DNA from: a virus
Taxonomy: Duplodnaviria; Heunggongvirae; Uroviricota; Caudoviricetes
IMG/VR virus record: IMGVR_UViG_3300032286_000363
Coordinates: 1-34,585 of that record
DNA length: 34,585 nt
Direction: 5' to 3' (one strand)
This document shows, one piece after another, positions 6,639-14,821 of this stretch. The notes below the pieces were generated by a model, which saw only the letters and a program-made list of their open reading frames with translations, did not search any database and had not been told where the DNA came from. The translations under genes were made by a program, and so were the position numbers. The first letter of the stretch is position 1. Every line of letters starts with the position of its first letter.

Positions 6639-7907
6639 TTAATCTGTTATGACTGTCCAATTTCTAGTTATCAATATACCTTTATCAATCAACCCTTGAC
6701 CTGTTGGAGGTGCTAGTGGTATTTGACTATTGATCAATAACCTACCTCTATTGTTTCCATTAGCCACTAACTGATTTAAAAGTTTATTCACTTGTGTAGA
6801 TGATAGTTTGTTTCCATAAAGTATTACAGTATTAAGATTCAATCTACTATAATCAACTTCTAATATTTGAAAATTACCATGATCACTAGTGCTATCAACA
6901 TATCCTATAACTGTTGGATCTTTCATATAAACTTTTACATCAAAGATATCATTAGAAGTAAATGTATGACTAATAATTTGAGGATGATTTGAAATATAAT
7001 ATTGTAAATTACTACCATCTCCCCAATCAATAAACATTTCAGTGTTTAATTGTACTATTCCATCATATTGTGCACCATCTGGACTACCAGCATTCCCTGC
7101 ACTATTATCTACTTTAAATGTAAACCCTAAAACGTATGAAAAATCTATAGATCCCTGTACACCTATAAATGGGTTAATTGGATCATAAACTCCTGTAACA
7201 TTTGTTATTGTATATCCACTTGCTGATTGATCTGTTATTTGAGCAGACAATGTATTTCCTTTGAATATTAATAATTTAGTCTTAGCTAATACTGTTAAAG
7301 GTGCTGTTGGTGGAGTGAAATTTAAACTAGGGATGCTATATAAATGCTCACTTGTCCATCTAAAATTAGTAATCTTGCCTTTAATTGCATTACCATTTCC
7401 TCTAGATCCTAAATATAATGGTAGACCATTTGTTGGAATAGTACCAGAGTAAAATCCATTTGCTATCGCTATACCATTTTGAAAAATCCCTATTTCATTT
7501 CTACGTCTAGTTACAGTGAAATAAGACCATGTTCCTATGTAGTTTTGTGGTAATGTAGCTGATAAAACTATACTTCCACCAATCCAATAATTCATTACTC
7601 CACCTTCTATACTAACAGCATGTGCTCCAGCAGAACCCACACTCCAAGCTCTAGGATTATTATTGTTAGAATCTATATTAGCCCACCATTCTATTGTATA
7701 ATCACTATCTGCAACAATCCCTTCTTGATATTCAGGAATGTCAAAGTTTGGACTGTTATCAATCATTAATGTAACGTTAGGAATGATAGGAACAAGAGGA
7801 CCTAAAACAACTTTAGATGTTACACTAATCAATCTTTCAAGTTGTTGAGAGATTTGATAGTATAAATTAGCCTCAGGGCCCCATCCTATTTGTTTTGATA
7901 TTCCCAT
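6639..7907 (-). CDS. Virion-associated protein with LamG/concanavalin-like, PKD-like and LRR-like domains
   Basis: DYTIEWW...WSYFTVTR....IFQNG...LYLG...G.ITNFR (LamG); FIDWGDGS...SHTF (PKD-like); L..V.LYGNKL...VNKLL..L (LRR-like cap). Confidence 0.7.
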   Translation of the reverse strand: MGISKQIGWGPEANLYYQISQQLERLISVTSKVVLGPLVPIIPNVTLMIDNSPNFDIPEYQEGIVADSDYTIEWWANIDSNNNNPRAWSVGSAGAHAVSIEGGVMNYWIGGSIVLSATLPQNYIGTWSYFTVTRRRNEIGIFQNGIAIANGFYSGTIPTNGLPLYLGSRGNGNAIKGKITNFRWTSEHLYSIPSLNFTPPTAPLTVLAKTKLLIFKGNTLSAQITDQSASGYTITNVTGVYDPINPFIGVQGSIDFSYVLGFTFKVDNSAGNAGSPDGAQYDGIVQLNTEMFIDWGDGSNLQYYISNHPQIISHTFTSNDIFDVKVYMKDPTVIGYVDSTSDHGNFQILEVDYSRLNLNTVILYGNKLSSTQVNKLLNQLVANGNNRGRLLINSQIPLAPPTGQGLIDKGILITRNWTVITD

Positions 7908-8035
7908 TATGGTATTGTAGTGGTGGTTGTTGTTAATGCTGCTGTCACCTTGATCAATCTATCTAATTGCATAGATATTTGATAAAGAAGATTTGCTTCA
8001 ACACTTTGTCCTATTTGTCTATTTGGTACTCCCAT
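7907..8035 (-). CDS. 42-aa peptide paralogous to the N-terminus of the downstream LamG protein (not in ORF track)
   Basis: Hand translation MGVPNRQIGQSVEANLLYQISMQLDRLIKVTAALTTTTTTIP*. 18/25 identity to LamG-protein residues QIG...ISVT. TAATG overlap with that gene. Confidence 0.85.
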   Translation of the reverse strand: MGVPNRQIGQSVEANLLYQISMQLDRLIKVTAALTTTTTTIP

Positions 8036-8053
8036 TTTATTAATTTTATTTTA

Positions 8054-8083
8054 CAAAAGTAAACACTTTATTATAATTAACAA
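8054..8083 (-). promoter_or_regulatory. Bacteroidota sigma70-type promoter
   Basis: TTG-N19-TACTTTTG in the intergenic region 8036-8115, 19 nt upstream of the ATG at 8035. Confidence 0.65.
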
Positions 8084-8115
8084 TGTAATTGAAAAAATTA
8101 CAATAATGTAATTAG

Positions 8116-8532
8116 TTAAATCTTTGCCAACTGGAAGTGCATACCATCAGGTTTAGACCATGTACCACCCCAATAAAAACCATTGTCTGTAAAACATTTT
8201 ACAAATCCTGCAGACAATACTGGTTTACAACCAAAACAGTTCCAAGCTGCATTGAGATCTACAGCTATTCCCCAGCTATGTAAAGACATACTAGCTTGTC
8301 CTCTTTTCTTTCTAATATTAAAACAACCATCCCATGTCTTAAGTTCTTTAACATGATCTGTTGTTATAAGAGCTTGGAAAGCTGCAGCTAAAGGAACAAT
8401 AAGATCTTTGTTACAATATATCTTCTTAGGAATAACACCTATCTCTAAATATCCTGGAACATCCCACATAATCATAGCTGATTGATTGTTGGGATCTCCG
8501 TATTTCTTTAGTGCTTGTGCTGATGTAACCAT
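8116..8532 (-). CDS. Endolysin, M15-family peptidase (L-Ala-D-Glu peptidase type)
   Basis: FNIRKKRG...SLHSWGIAVDLN...WGGTWSKPDGMHFQL gives the SxHxxxxAxD and HxQ zinc motifs. Confidence 0.9.
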   Translation of the reverse strand: MVTSAQALKKYGDPNNQSAMIMWDVPGYLEIGVIPKKIYCNKDLIVPLAAAFQALITTDHVKELKTWDGCFNIRKKRGQASMSLHSWGIAVDLNAAWNCFGCKPVLSAGFVKCFTDNGFYWGGTWSKPDGMHFQLAKI

Positions 8533-9170
8533 TATTTATTCTTTTTTAACAATGTATAATAGGAAACTCCGTATGTCAATCTTCCACCTTCCCAGAAAAC
8601 ATTTCCTCCATACATCCTATTGTGAAGATCTTTATATAAGATTCCTCCGCTTACACCAAAAGATGTTGGAGATAGGAGTCTTAATGAAGGACCAATGTAA
8701 AACTCTCTTTTGTTCACTACAACATTATTATTTACAAATGCTGTCTTTTCAGGAATCTTTATATTCTTTACAAACTCTCTTCCTGTAAGTGTGTTCTTTT
8801 GAACAGTGTCTATAATTTTCACCCAACCAAGACTGTCTAAATAAATTGAATCCTTATATATATTCCTGGATAGAAGTTCTTGTTTAAGGCTTTGAAACTG
8901 TTCTAACAGTTCAGAATATCCTTCTTGAGGATAGTATTCTACAGAACTTTCAAGTAGTGTATCTCTTATCCTCTGTATAAGTATAGGGAACGTTCTAGTT
9001 GTATCTTTATAATATACATAATGTACATATGTAATTGTATCTGATTTAACACCTCCACCACCAGCATTCTGACGTTTACATGTTTCATATAATATCATTA
9101 TCAACAATACTATTATAAGAATGTATATTATATTATTTTTATTACGCACGTTTGATATTGTAATAAACAT
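8532..9170 (-). CDS. Membrane-anchored envelope protein, spanin-like
   Basis: Lies between the holin-like gene and the endolysin. N-terminal hydrophobic segment followed by a Cys (YETC), a central helix, and C-terminal alternating aromatic beta-strands. Confidence 0.5.
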   Translation of the reverse strand: MFITISNVRNKNNIIYILIIVLLIMILYETCKRQNAGGGGVKSDTITYVHYVYYKDTTRTFPILIQRIRDTLLESSVEYYPQEGYSELLEQFQSLKQELLSRNIYKDSIYLDSLGWVKIIDTVQKNTLTGREFVKNIKIPEKTAFVNNNVVVNKREFYIGPSLRLLSPTSFGVSGGILYKDLHNRMYGGNVFWEGGRLTYGVSYYTLLKKNK

Positions 9171-9459
9171 TTACAAAATATTGTAATATTAAAGCTACCC
9201 CTACCACTATGCCAATAGTCCAATAAACTCTATTCTTGAAGTTTTCATATTGCAATTGACTCTTCTCTAAAATCTCAATCTTTTGTTTCATAATCTCAAT
9301 ATCCTGCATGAGTCCTCCAATTTTTGTAAGAGGGTTGCCAAGGATAGCATCTACCACTTGTGTAAGCTTTGTATCAATTACATCAATTTTACTCTCCATA
9401 TCGGTTAGTCTGTCCTCCATTTGTTCAAGTTGGGATGTGAAGTTTGTATTCGTTTCCAT
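9142..9459 (-). CDS. Holin-like protein (coiled coil plus C-terminal TM; XhlA-like architecture)
   Basis: Heptad-rich N-terminus and a single TM segment VYWTIGIVVGVALILQYFV. First gene of the lysis cassette. Confidence 0.55.
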   Translation of the reverse strand: METNTNFTSQLEQMEDRLTDMESKIDVIDTKLTQVVDAILGNPLTKIGGLMQDIEIMKQKIEILEKSQLQYENFKNRVYWTIGIVVGVALILQYFVNVYYNIKRA

Positions 9460-9469
9460 AGAAAAGTTT

Positions 9470-9507
9470 AAAAAAAAATATTCCCATGCTCAAGAGAGAG
9501 GGAATAT
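9470..9507 (-). terminator. Intrinsic terminator-like hairpin directly upstream of the holin-like gene
   Basis: Minus strand ATATTCCC-TCTCTCTTGAGCAT-GGGAATAT, an 8-bp perfect inverted repeat (9478-9485 / 9500-9507), running into a 9-T tract (9470-9478). Confidence 0.65.
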
Positions 9508-9521
9508 GTAGTTTAGGTTTA

Positions 9522-9553
9522 CAAAAATATATGATTGTATTGAGATTACCAAA
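9522..9553 (-). promoter_or_regulatory. Bacteroidota sigma70-type promoter for the lysis cassette
   Basis: Perfect TTTG-N20-TATTTTTG in the intergenic gap 9460-9559. Confidence 0.75.
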
Positions 9554-9559
9554 TTTATT

Positions 9560-9892
9560 TTACTCATCTTCTTCTATAGCCTTGAGAGAGTGGTTTCTAT
9601 CTAGGAGCTCCAAAACACAATCTAAAACAATACCTAATTTAGTTAATGTATTTACCAATTTGTTTTTCCCAATAACACTACTAATGGTTTCATCCTCATT
9701 TCCAAACTTATAAATACTGTAATGTTTTATTAAAGTTGAATTGAATAATCTAGCACATATAACATTTCCTAATTGGTCTATTGCTCTAGCTATATTATAA
9801 AAATACTTTCTTCTTCCTGGATAGAACATTGCAAATACAAATCCTATTGGGAAAAGAATAATTGATATTATCGTAGCAACTATAAGAATCAT
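9560..9892 (-). CDS. Conserved hypothetical phage membrane protein
   Basis: N-terminal TM segment and the IDQLGN...GNEDETISS..GK motif pattern recalled from phage proteins. Confidence 0.7.
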   Translation of the reverse strand: MILIVATIISIILFPIGFVFAMFYPGRRKYFYNIARAIDQLGNVICARLFNSTLIKHYSIYKFGNEDETISSVIGKNKLVNTLTKLGIVLDCVLELLDRNHSLKAIEEDE

Positions 9893-10323
9893 AACAAGTC
9901 TATAAAAGTTTTTCCCTGTGTTATTGCATTATCTCTAGCAGCTGTATTCAATTCTTTAGCATATGTTATACCTCTAGCTATTAGTTGCCAATATGCATTA
10001 TCAGGTATATTACCTTCTTCATCTGGACCTATACCATCTGTAATTTCTTGTATTACACCTGCTGTTATCTGTGGAGTAAGAAGATCATCCATTTCAACAT
10101 TTAGTCTATTAGCTTGACCTTCAGGTAACACTGTTAGTGTTTTGAACATATCAACAACTTCCACTACACTAGCATTTACATCAAAAGAAGCATCTAAATC
10201 ATTATTCCCATTTAATGCTGTTTTCAATCTATTGATTAATGAAAAATATTGTTGAACTGAACTATTTCTTAGATAGTGAACTATGTAATAATAATGTTTT
10301 GCTTTTAATCTAATTTGTACCAT
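9889..10323 (-). CDS. Hypothetical protein (possibly tail-associated)
   Basis: 144-aa ORF right after the tail fibre gene, with an ATGA overlap to the next gene. Confidence 0.7.
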   Translation of the reverse strand: MVQIRLKAKHYYYIVHYLRNSSVQQYFSLINRLKTALNGNNDLDASFDVNASVVEVVDMFKTLTVLPEGQANRLNVEMDDLLTPQITAGVIQEITDGIGPDEEGNIPDNAYWQLIARGITYAKELNTAARDNAITQGKTFIDLL

Positions 10324-10336
10324 GTTTTATATTTTA

Positions 10337-13300
10337 TTATTCAATGTAAATTGTTCCTCCAAATACATTATTTCCTGGAGTTACTGTATTAACAGATACT
10401 ACCTTTATTTCAAAATAATCTCCTTCTGTAACATTTATTGATAATGCATTGTTATTATAAGTCCTAAAAAGGGCTGATGCTGTTGATGTTGCAACTAATG
10501 TATCAGTTGTATTATTCAGTCTTATACTAACAGTAATTGAAGTTATTGTACCTGTTGTAGCTGAATAGTGTCCAATGTAAGCTTTTGTTATTGTGCCTGT
10601 TTTTGGAATATACACTCTTGACACATCAGGAACAATAACTGGTGATCTACCAACATTTCCAAAATAATAAGTTGTTCCATTATTTAAATTACCTACTGAT
10701 GCTACTAATGCTAATGTATATCCTTTACTATCTAATTGCGTTTGTACAGCACTTGTAGCACCCTTTACATAACTTAACTCAGTTAATGATGGATATGTAG
10801 CTGTACTAAGACTTGCTATTGTACTTCCTGTTGAATTAAAATAAGCTATCTGATTATTTGTACCTGTTCCTGTTACAGGGTTAGTTAATGTAGCTTGCTT
10901 CCCATTTAGTTGTGATTGTATACCACTTGTAACACCTGAAACATATCCAAGTTCTGTATCAGTGGTAGCACTTACAGCCACCTTACCACTTACATTACTA
11001 ATTAATGCTCTTGATGCTGTAAGATCAGCTGATGTTATTGTTGTAGCAGCTCCTGTTATAGTGGCTTGTTTTGTTCCTATTTGAGTTTGTATAGAGGATG
11101 TAACTCCTTTTACATATGCCAATTCACCTGGTGATGGATATGTTGCAGTGGGTAATCCTGTAACACTTTGGTCTGCATTTACACATAATATTAATTGACT
11201 ACCACTACTATTAGGTATTTTTATATTTGATGTAAATGTTTTTTGTCCTGCGATAGTTTGTGCTCCTGTTGTAATTAAACCCCTTGCACTTGCACCAGCA
11301 TCAGGAAGATTAAACGTATGTGTTGTTCCTGAGGAAACAATAGTAAAGTCTGTACCACTTGTTCCTGTTACCAATGTTTGTGCTGCTCCTGTAAGACTAT
11401 TAATAGCAGTGATACCTGTACCAGCCATTATTCCACTTTGTTGTGTTACTGTTAAAATTGCAGATGGTATTGCTGGATGTGGAGCTGCAGCAGCTGAAGC
11501 TACTATTTCAACATTTGTATTACTTGTTGACCACATTAATTGCACATAATCATTTTGTACTAAATCTAAAACATAGTTCCAAGCTGCTACAACTGGAGAA
11601 GCGTTTGCACTTCCTGTTAATACAACCTTTCCTGTAGTTGATGGAATATCAACACCATTTTTTCTAATCCAAATGTCTGCAATCATATTTCCACTACCAC
11701 CTGTTTTCTCAAGTTGTAATGAAAACTGTATATTGTAAATTCCAGTATTTGCTAATGTTACTCTTGTTGGATTGCTACTACCATCATTAACTACACTAAC
11801 ACCATTTGTTAAATCTGTTGTATTTAATTTTACAGCATAAGCAGTATTAATAGATGCAGCAGTTTGTGTTGTAGTATCTTGAAATGCACCATAATATCCT
11901 GTAGCTGTAGGAGTGGCTGTACTATTAAGTGTGCCACCTGTAAGAGTGAGGCCTGAACCAACAGTAATTTCTTCCATAACACCTGTTCCTGCAGAACTTC
12001 TACCAATCAATTTATTGGTAGCCATTGATGTAGATATGGTTGGTGTATTTCCACCACTAGATGTAATAGGACTAGTTGCTCCTACTGATGTTACAGCAGA
12101 TGTTAAATAAGTGTTTGTATCTAAAGCAAATGTACCAGCAGCTGTCATCTTTACAAAAGATGTAGAAGCATACGTTAGTCCTGATAAAGATGTAAGATTT
12201 GTAGCAAGAGGTTGTCCTCCTAATCCACTCAATGTATATGTAGGAACGTTCAACACTCCTGAAATTAATGTACTTGCTCCACTATTTCCTGTAACAGTTA
12301 GAGATGAAAATGTAGCTGTTGGAGGTGTTGGTATATTTAGAACATTAGCAACCAATGTTGCTGCTCCTGAACCAGTGGTTGTAAGAGATGTAATTCTATT
12401 AGTGTAAGCAGAATCCCAATTTGTATTATTGTAACTAGCTGTTGTAGGTATTAAGTATCCTGATGTAAGACTAAATACACCTGTAGTATTTGTATATGTA
12501 AGTCCTGTAGCTGTTGAGCTAAGAGATGTAAGAGTTATACCACCAAGTCCTGCAAGTGTATATGTAGGAACATTTAGTACACCACTTATTAAAGTTGAAG
12601 CTCCTGATGAGCCTGTAGTGGTGAGAGATGTGAATGCTGCAGTTCCAGGAGTAGGTATATTTAATACATTTGCTATGAATGTAGCAGCTCCTGATCCTGT
12701 AGTAGTTAGTGTTATTGGATTTTGTTTACCGTTAAACGTAGTCCAATTTGCAGAAGATAGATAACCATCTTGAGATCCACTAGCTTGCTGAATAGTTATA
12801 TTAGGAGTGGTTCCTCCTGTAGAGGATAATGGAGAGCTTGCTGTTACAGCTGATACACCACTTGTTCCAGTAGCAGCAATTGTGAAATTAGGATAGGTTC
12901 CTGTAACCGATATACCTGTTCCATTATTTAACACAACTGTTTGATCAGGAGCTGTGTTAGTTATTGTTATGTTTGGTGTTGTTGTAGGATTTGATACAGA
13001 TGCTGATATCCCTGTTCCTGGTGTAACAGAAACACTTGTTACTGTTCCAATTCCTCCACTACCTATAGCCACTTGACTAATTGATGTAATAAGTCCCTTA
13101 CTATTCACATTTATAATAGGAATAGCTGTAGCACTTCCATAAACTCCAGGTGTAGAAAGCACATTTGCTAACGTTAAACTAATTGGAGATCCTGTGTTTC
13201 CATACCCATAAACATCTCCATTAATAACAACGCTACTTGAAGGAACAGCAATCACTGTTGTTGTTACCCCTGTAATAAGTCCTTTAGCATTCACTGTTAT

Positions 13301-13798
13301 AATAGGAACTCTTGTAGCACTTCCGTATGTAGCAGGAGCATTGAAAACTGTAGATAATGTAAACACAGAACTTCCTGGTCCACTAGCTGTTCCATCTCCT
13401 GTTAATTCTGTAATATATGCACCTGGACGTTGTGCACCTCCATCATCTAAAGAACCATCACCTTTAACAAACTGGAAAGATGTTCCTCCTGTTGTTATAA
13501 ATGCACTAGCTTGAACTGTTCCAGATAGACCAAATGTAAACCCTTGACTGTTGATTGCGGTATCATTAACTAACACACCACCAAGTTTTACTGGTTGTCC
13601 AGGAGCAGTTTGTATCACACCATTTGTAAACACATATCCAAGTCCTGCATCTCTAAACTTATTATCAATCTTTTCTAATACAAGTTGAAGATTATCATTG
13701 GTGTTCACTCCTGTATATACAAGATTAGCTCCTGAGTAAAATACACAAGTGCTATCTAATATTATAGGACATGCAGGTGCTGAACAAATATTATTCAT
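10337..13798 (-). CDS. Long tail fibre-like protein
   Basis: 1153 aa, extremely T/G/S-rich, with several internal repeat families, a Cys-containing N-terminal module and a C-terminal beta-sandwich. Confidence 0.8.
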   Translation of the reverse strand: MNNICSAPACPIILDSTCVFYSGANLVYTGVNTNDNLQLVLEKIDNKFRDAGLGYVFTNGVIQTAPGQPVKLGGVLVNDTAINSQGFTFGLSGTVQASAFITTGGTSFQFVKGDGSLDDGGAQRPGAYITELTGDGTASGPGSSVFTLSTVFNAPATYGSATRVPIITVNAKGLITGVTTTVIAVPSSSVVINGDVYGYGNTGSPISLTLANVLSTPGVYGSATAIPIINVNSKGLITSISQVAIGSGGIGTVTSVSVTPGTGISASVSNPTTTPNITITNTAPDQTVVLNNGTGISVTGTYPNFTIAATGTSGVSAVTASSPLSSTGGTTPNITIQQASGSQDGYLSSANWTTFNGKQNPITLTTTGSGAATFIANVLNIPTPGTAAFTSLTTTGSSGASTLISGVLNVPTYTLAGLGGITLTSLSSTATGLTYTNTTGVFSLTSGYLIPTTASYNNTNWDSAYTNRITSLTTTGSGAATLVANVLNIPTPPTATFSSLTVTGNSGASTLISGVLNVPTYTLSGLGGQPLATNLTSLSGLTYASTSFVKMTAAGTFALDTNTYLTSAVTSVGATSPITSSGGNTPTISTSMATNKLIGRSSAGTGVMEEITVGSGLTLTGGTLNSTATPTATGYYGAFQDTTTQTAASINTAYAVKLNTTDLTNGVSVVNDGSSNPTRVTLANTGIYNIQFSLQLEKTGGSGNMIADIWIRKNGVDIPSTTGKVVLTGSANASPVVAAWNYVLDLVQNDYVQLMWSTSNTNVEIVASAAAAPHPAIPSAILTVTQQSGIMAGTGITAINSLTGAAQTLVTGTSGTDFTIVSSGTTHTFNLPDAGASARGLITTGAQTIAGQKTFTSNIKIPNSSGSQLILCVNADQSVTGLPTATYPSPGELAYVKGVTSSIQTQIGTKQATITGAATTITSADLTASRALISNVSGKVAVSATTDTELGYVSGVTSGIQSQLNGKQATLTNPVTGTGTNNQIAYFNSTGSTIASLSTATYPSLTELSYVKGATSAVQTQLDSKGYTLALVASVGNLNNGTTYYFGNVGRSPVIVPDVSRVYIPKTGTITKAYIGHYSATTGTITSITVSIRLNNTTDTLVATSTASALFRTYNNNALSINVTEGDYFEIKVVSVNTVTPGNNVFGGTIYIE
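12217..12720 (-). repeat. Internal duplication of an about 58-aa unit in the tail fibre gene
   Basis: LTTTGSGAATFIANVLNIPTP...SLTTTGSSGASTLISGVLNVPTYTLAGLGG (about 12541-12715) versus LTTTGSGAATLVANVLNIPTP...SLTVTGNSGASTLISGVLNVPTYTLSGLGG (about 12217-12390). Synonymous sites have diverged. Confidence 0.9.
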
Positions 13799-13807
13799 AT
13801 TGTATTA

Positions 13808-14749
13808 TTATGGATAAACTCTAATTTCAATTAATTGATTTGCAAATGGAAGTGCGCCAGTAGCTCCATCAGATAATCTTTTTGAAAATATACGAACTAT
13901 AGCATCTGTGTTTCTTAAACCTATCAAACAGTAACTATCTAATCCTGACCCTGGAAAATATATTCCACTTGTAGGTACTGCTGTTTTATTATTTGTAAAT
14001 GGACCAGCAGTCATTGTTGCTGTAAAAAATACGCCTGTGTAAGCCCATGCAATATCATTTATACCATCTGCAGAACCATTACCTATTGTATTCTGTAAAA
14101 CTATAGTTGTTGTAGAAGTGCCATCGTAGCTAAGAAATGCTGTATAAACCTTATATTTTTCTAACGCTAATGTACCAGTTGTAGAAGGAAAATCAATAGT
14201 TTGATCATTATTGTTGAAGTTTATCACCATTTGATCAGTATTAATTATACTATCTATCACAATACCTGTAGACTGATATGTTGTACTTGTATCAGCAATC
14301 GCACTCTCTAAGGTAATTATTCCTGAATCAATAATAGATGATTCTGTAGGAGTGGTTAATGTATTCCCAATAGTAAGTGGTGTTGTGGAAACATCTCCAG
14401 CAATTAAAACCTGATCAAGCGTTGGTGCATTATTAGCAACATATGTTGCAACAGCACTTTGTGTAGGGAATAATGTAGCTGAAGGAACTCCTGTATTAAA
14501 TGTACCATCAGTAGATTTATTAGAAGAGCTTTCTTTTAAAGCAACATTACCATTGATTGTTATAACACTTGAATTGAGTGTGGTTATACTAGTGTTCACC
14601 GCACCAACTGAACTGTTGATGTTAGTTAATATTTTATCTAAAGCATCTAATGGAGATGCGTTGATGTTTGATAAATAGGTTCCGTTATATATAACACATA
14701 AAGAATTTATATATGTTGTACAGGTTGGGCAAATTTGGGATGTTCTCAT
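13808..14749 (-). CDS. Tail fibre/spike-like protein
   Basis: N-terminal Cys module homologous to that of the 1153-aa fibre, then a short coiled coil, a TL..VL..G motif and a C-terminal KVYTA.L...LQNTIG domain. Confidence 0.7.
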   Translation of the reverse strand: MRTSQICPTCTTYINSLCVIYNGTYLSNINASPLDALDKILTNINSSVGAVNTSITTLNSSVITINGNVALKESSSNKSTDGTFNTGVPSATLFPTQSAVATYVANNAPTLDQVLIAGDVSTTPLTIGNTLTTPTESSIIDSGIITLESAIADTSTTYQSTGIVIDSIINTDQMVINFNNNDQTIDFPSTTGTLALEKYKVYTAFLSYDGTSTTTIVLQNTIGNGSADGINDIAWAYTGVFFTATMTAGPFTNNKTAVPTSGIYFPGSGLDSYCLIGLRNTDAIVRIFSKRLSDGATGALPFANQLIEIRVYP

Positions 14750-14821
14750 AATAGTAAAATTAATTGTTTTTAATGTATTTACAATGTAGTCTTATGGGAT
14801 TTTTGATATAATATAGCGTTA

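Noticed and set aside
2972-8534. Repeated TAATG stop/start overlaps (2972, 3639, 4411, 7907, 8532) as programmed read-through or frameshift sites
   Set aside because: Ordinary translational coupling explains them. No slippery heptamer or pseudoknot was seen.
10337-13798. CRISPR array or DGR template/variable repeat in the repetitive fibre region
   Set aside because: The repeats are in-frame coding duplications that differ at synonymous sites. There is no fixed repeat-spacer period, no adenine-specific mismatch pattern was evident, and no reverse transcriptase is in the window.
14750-14821. Promoter upstream of the tail genes
   Set aside because: There is an ACTACATTG stretch resembling other leaders, but no TAnnTTTG match with correct spacing, so it was not called.
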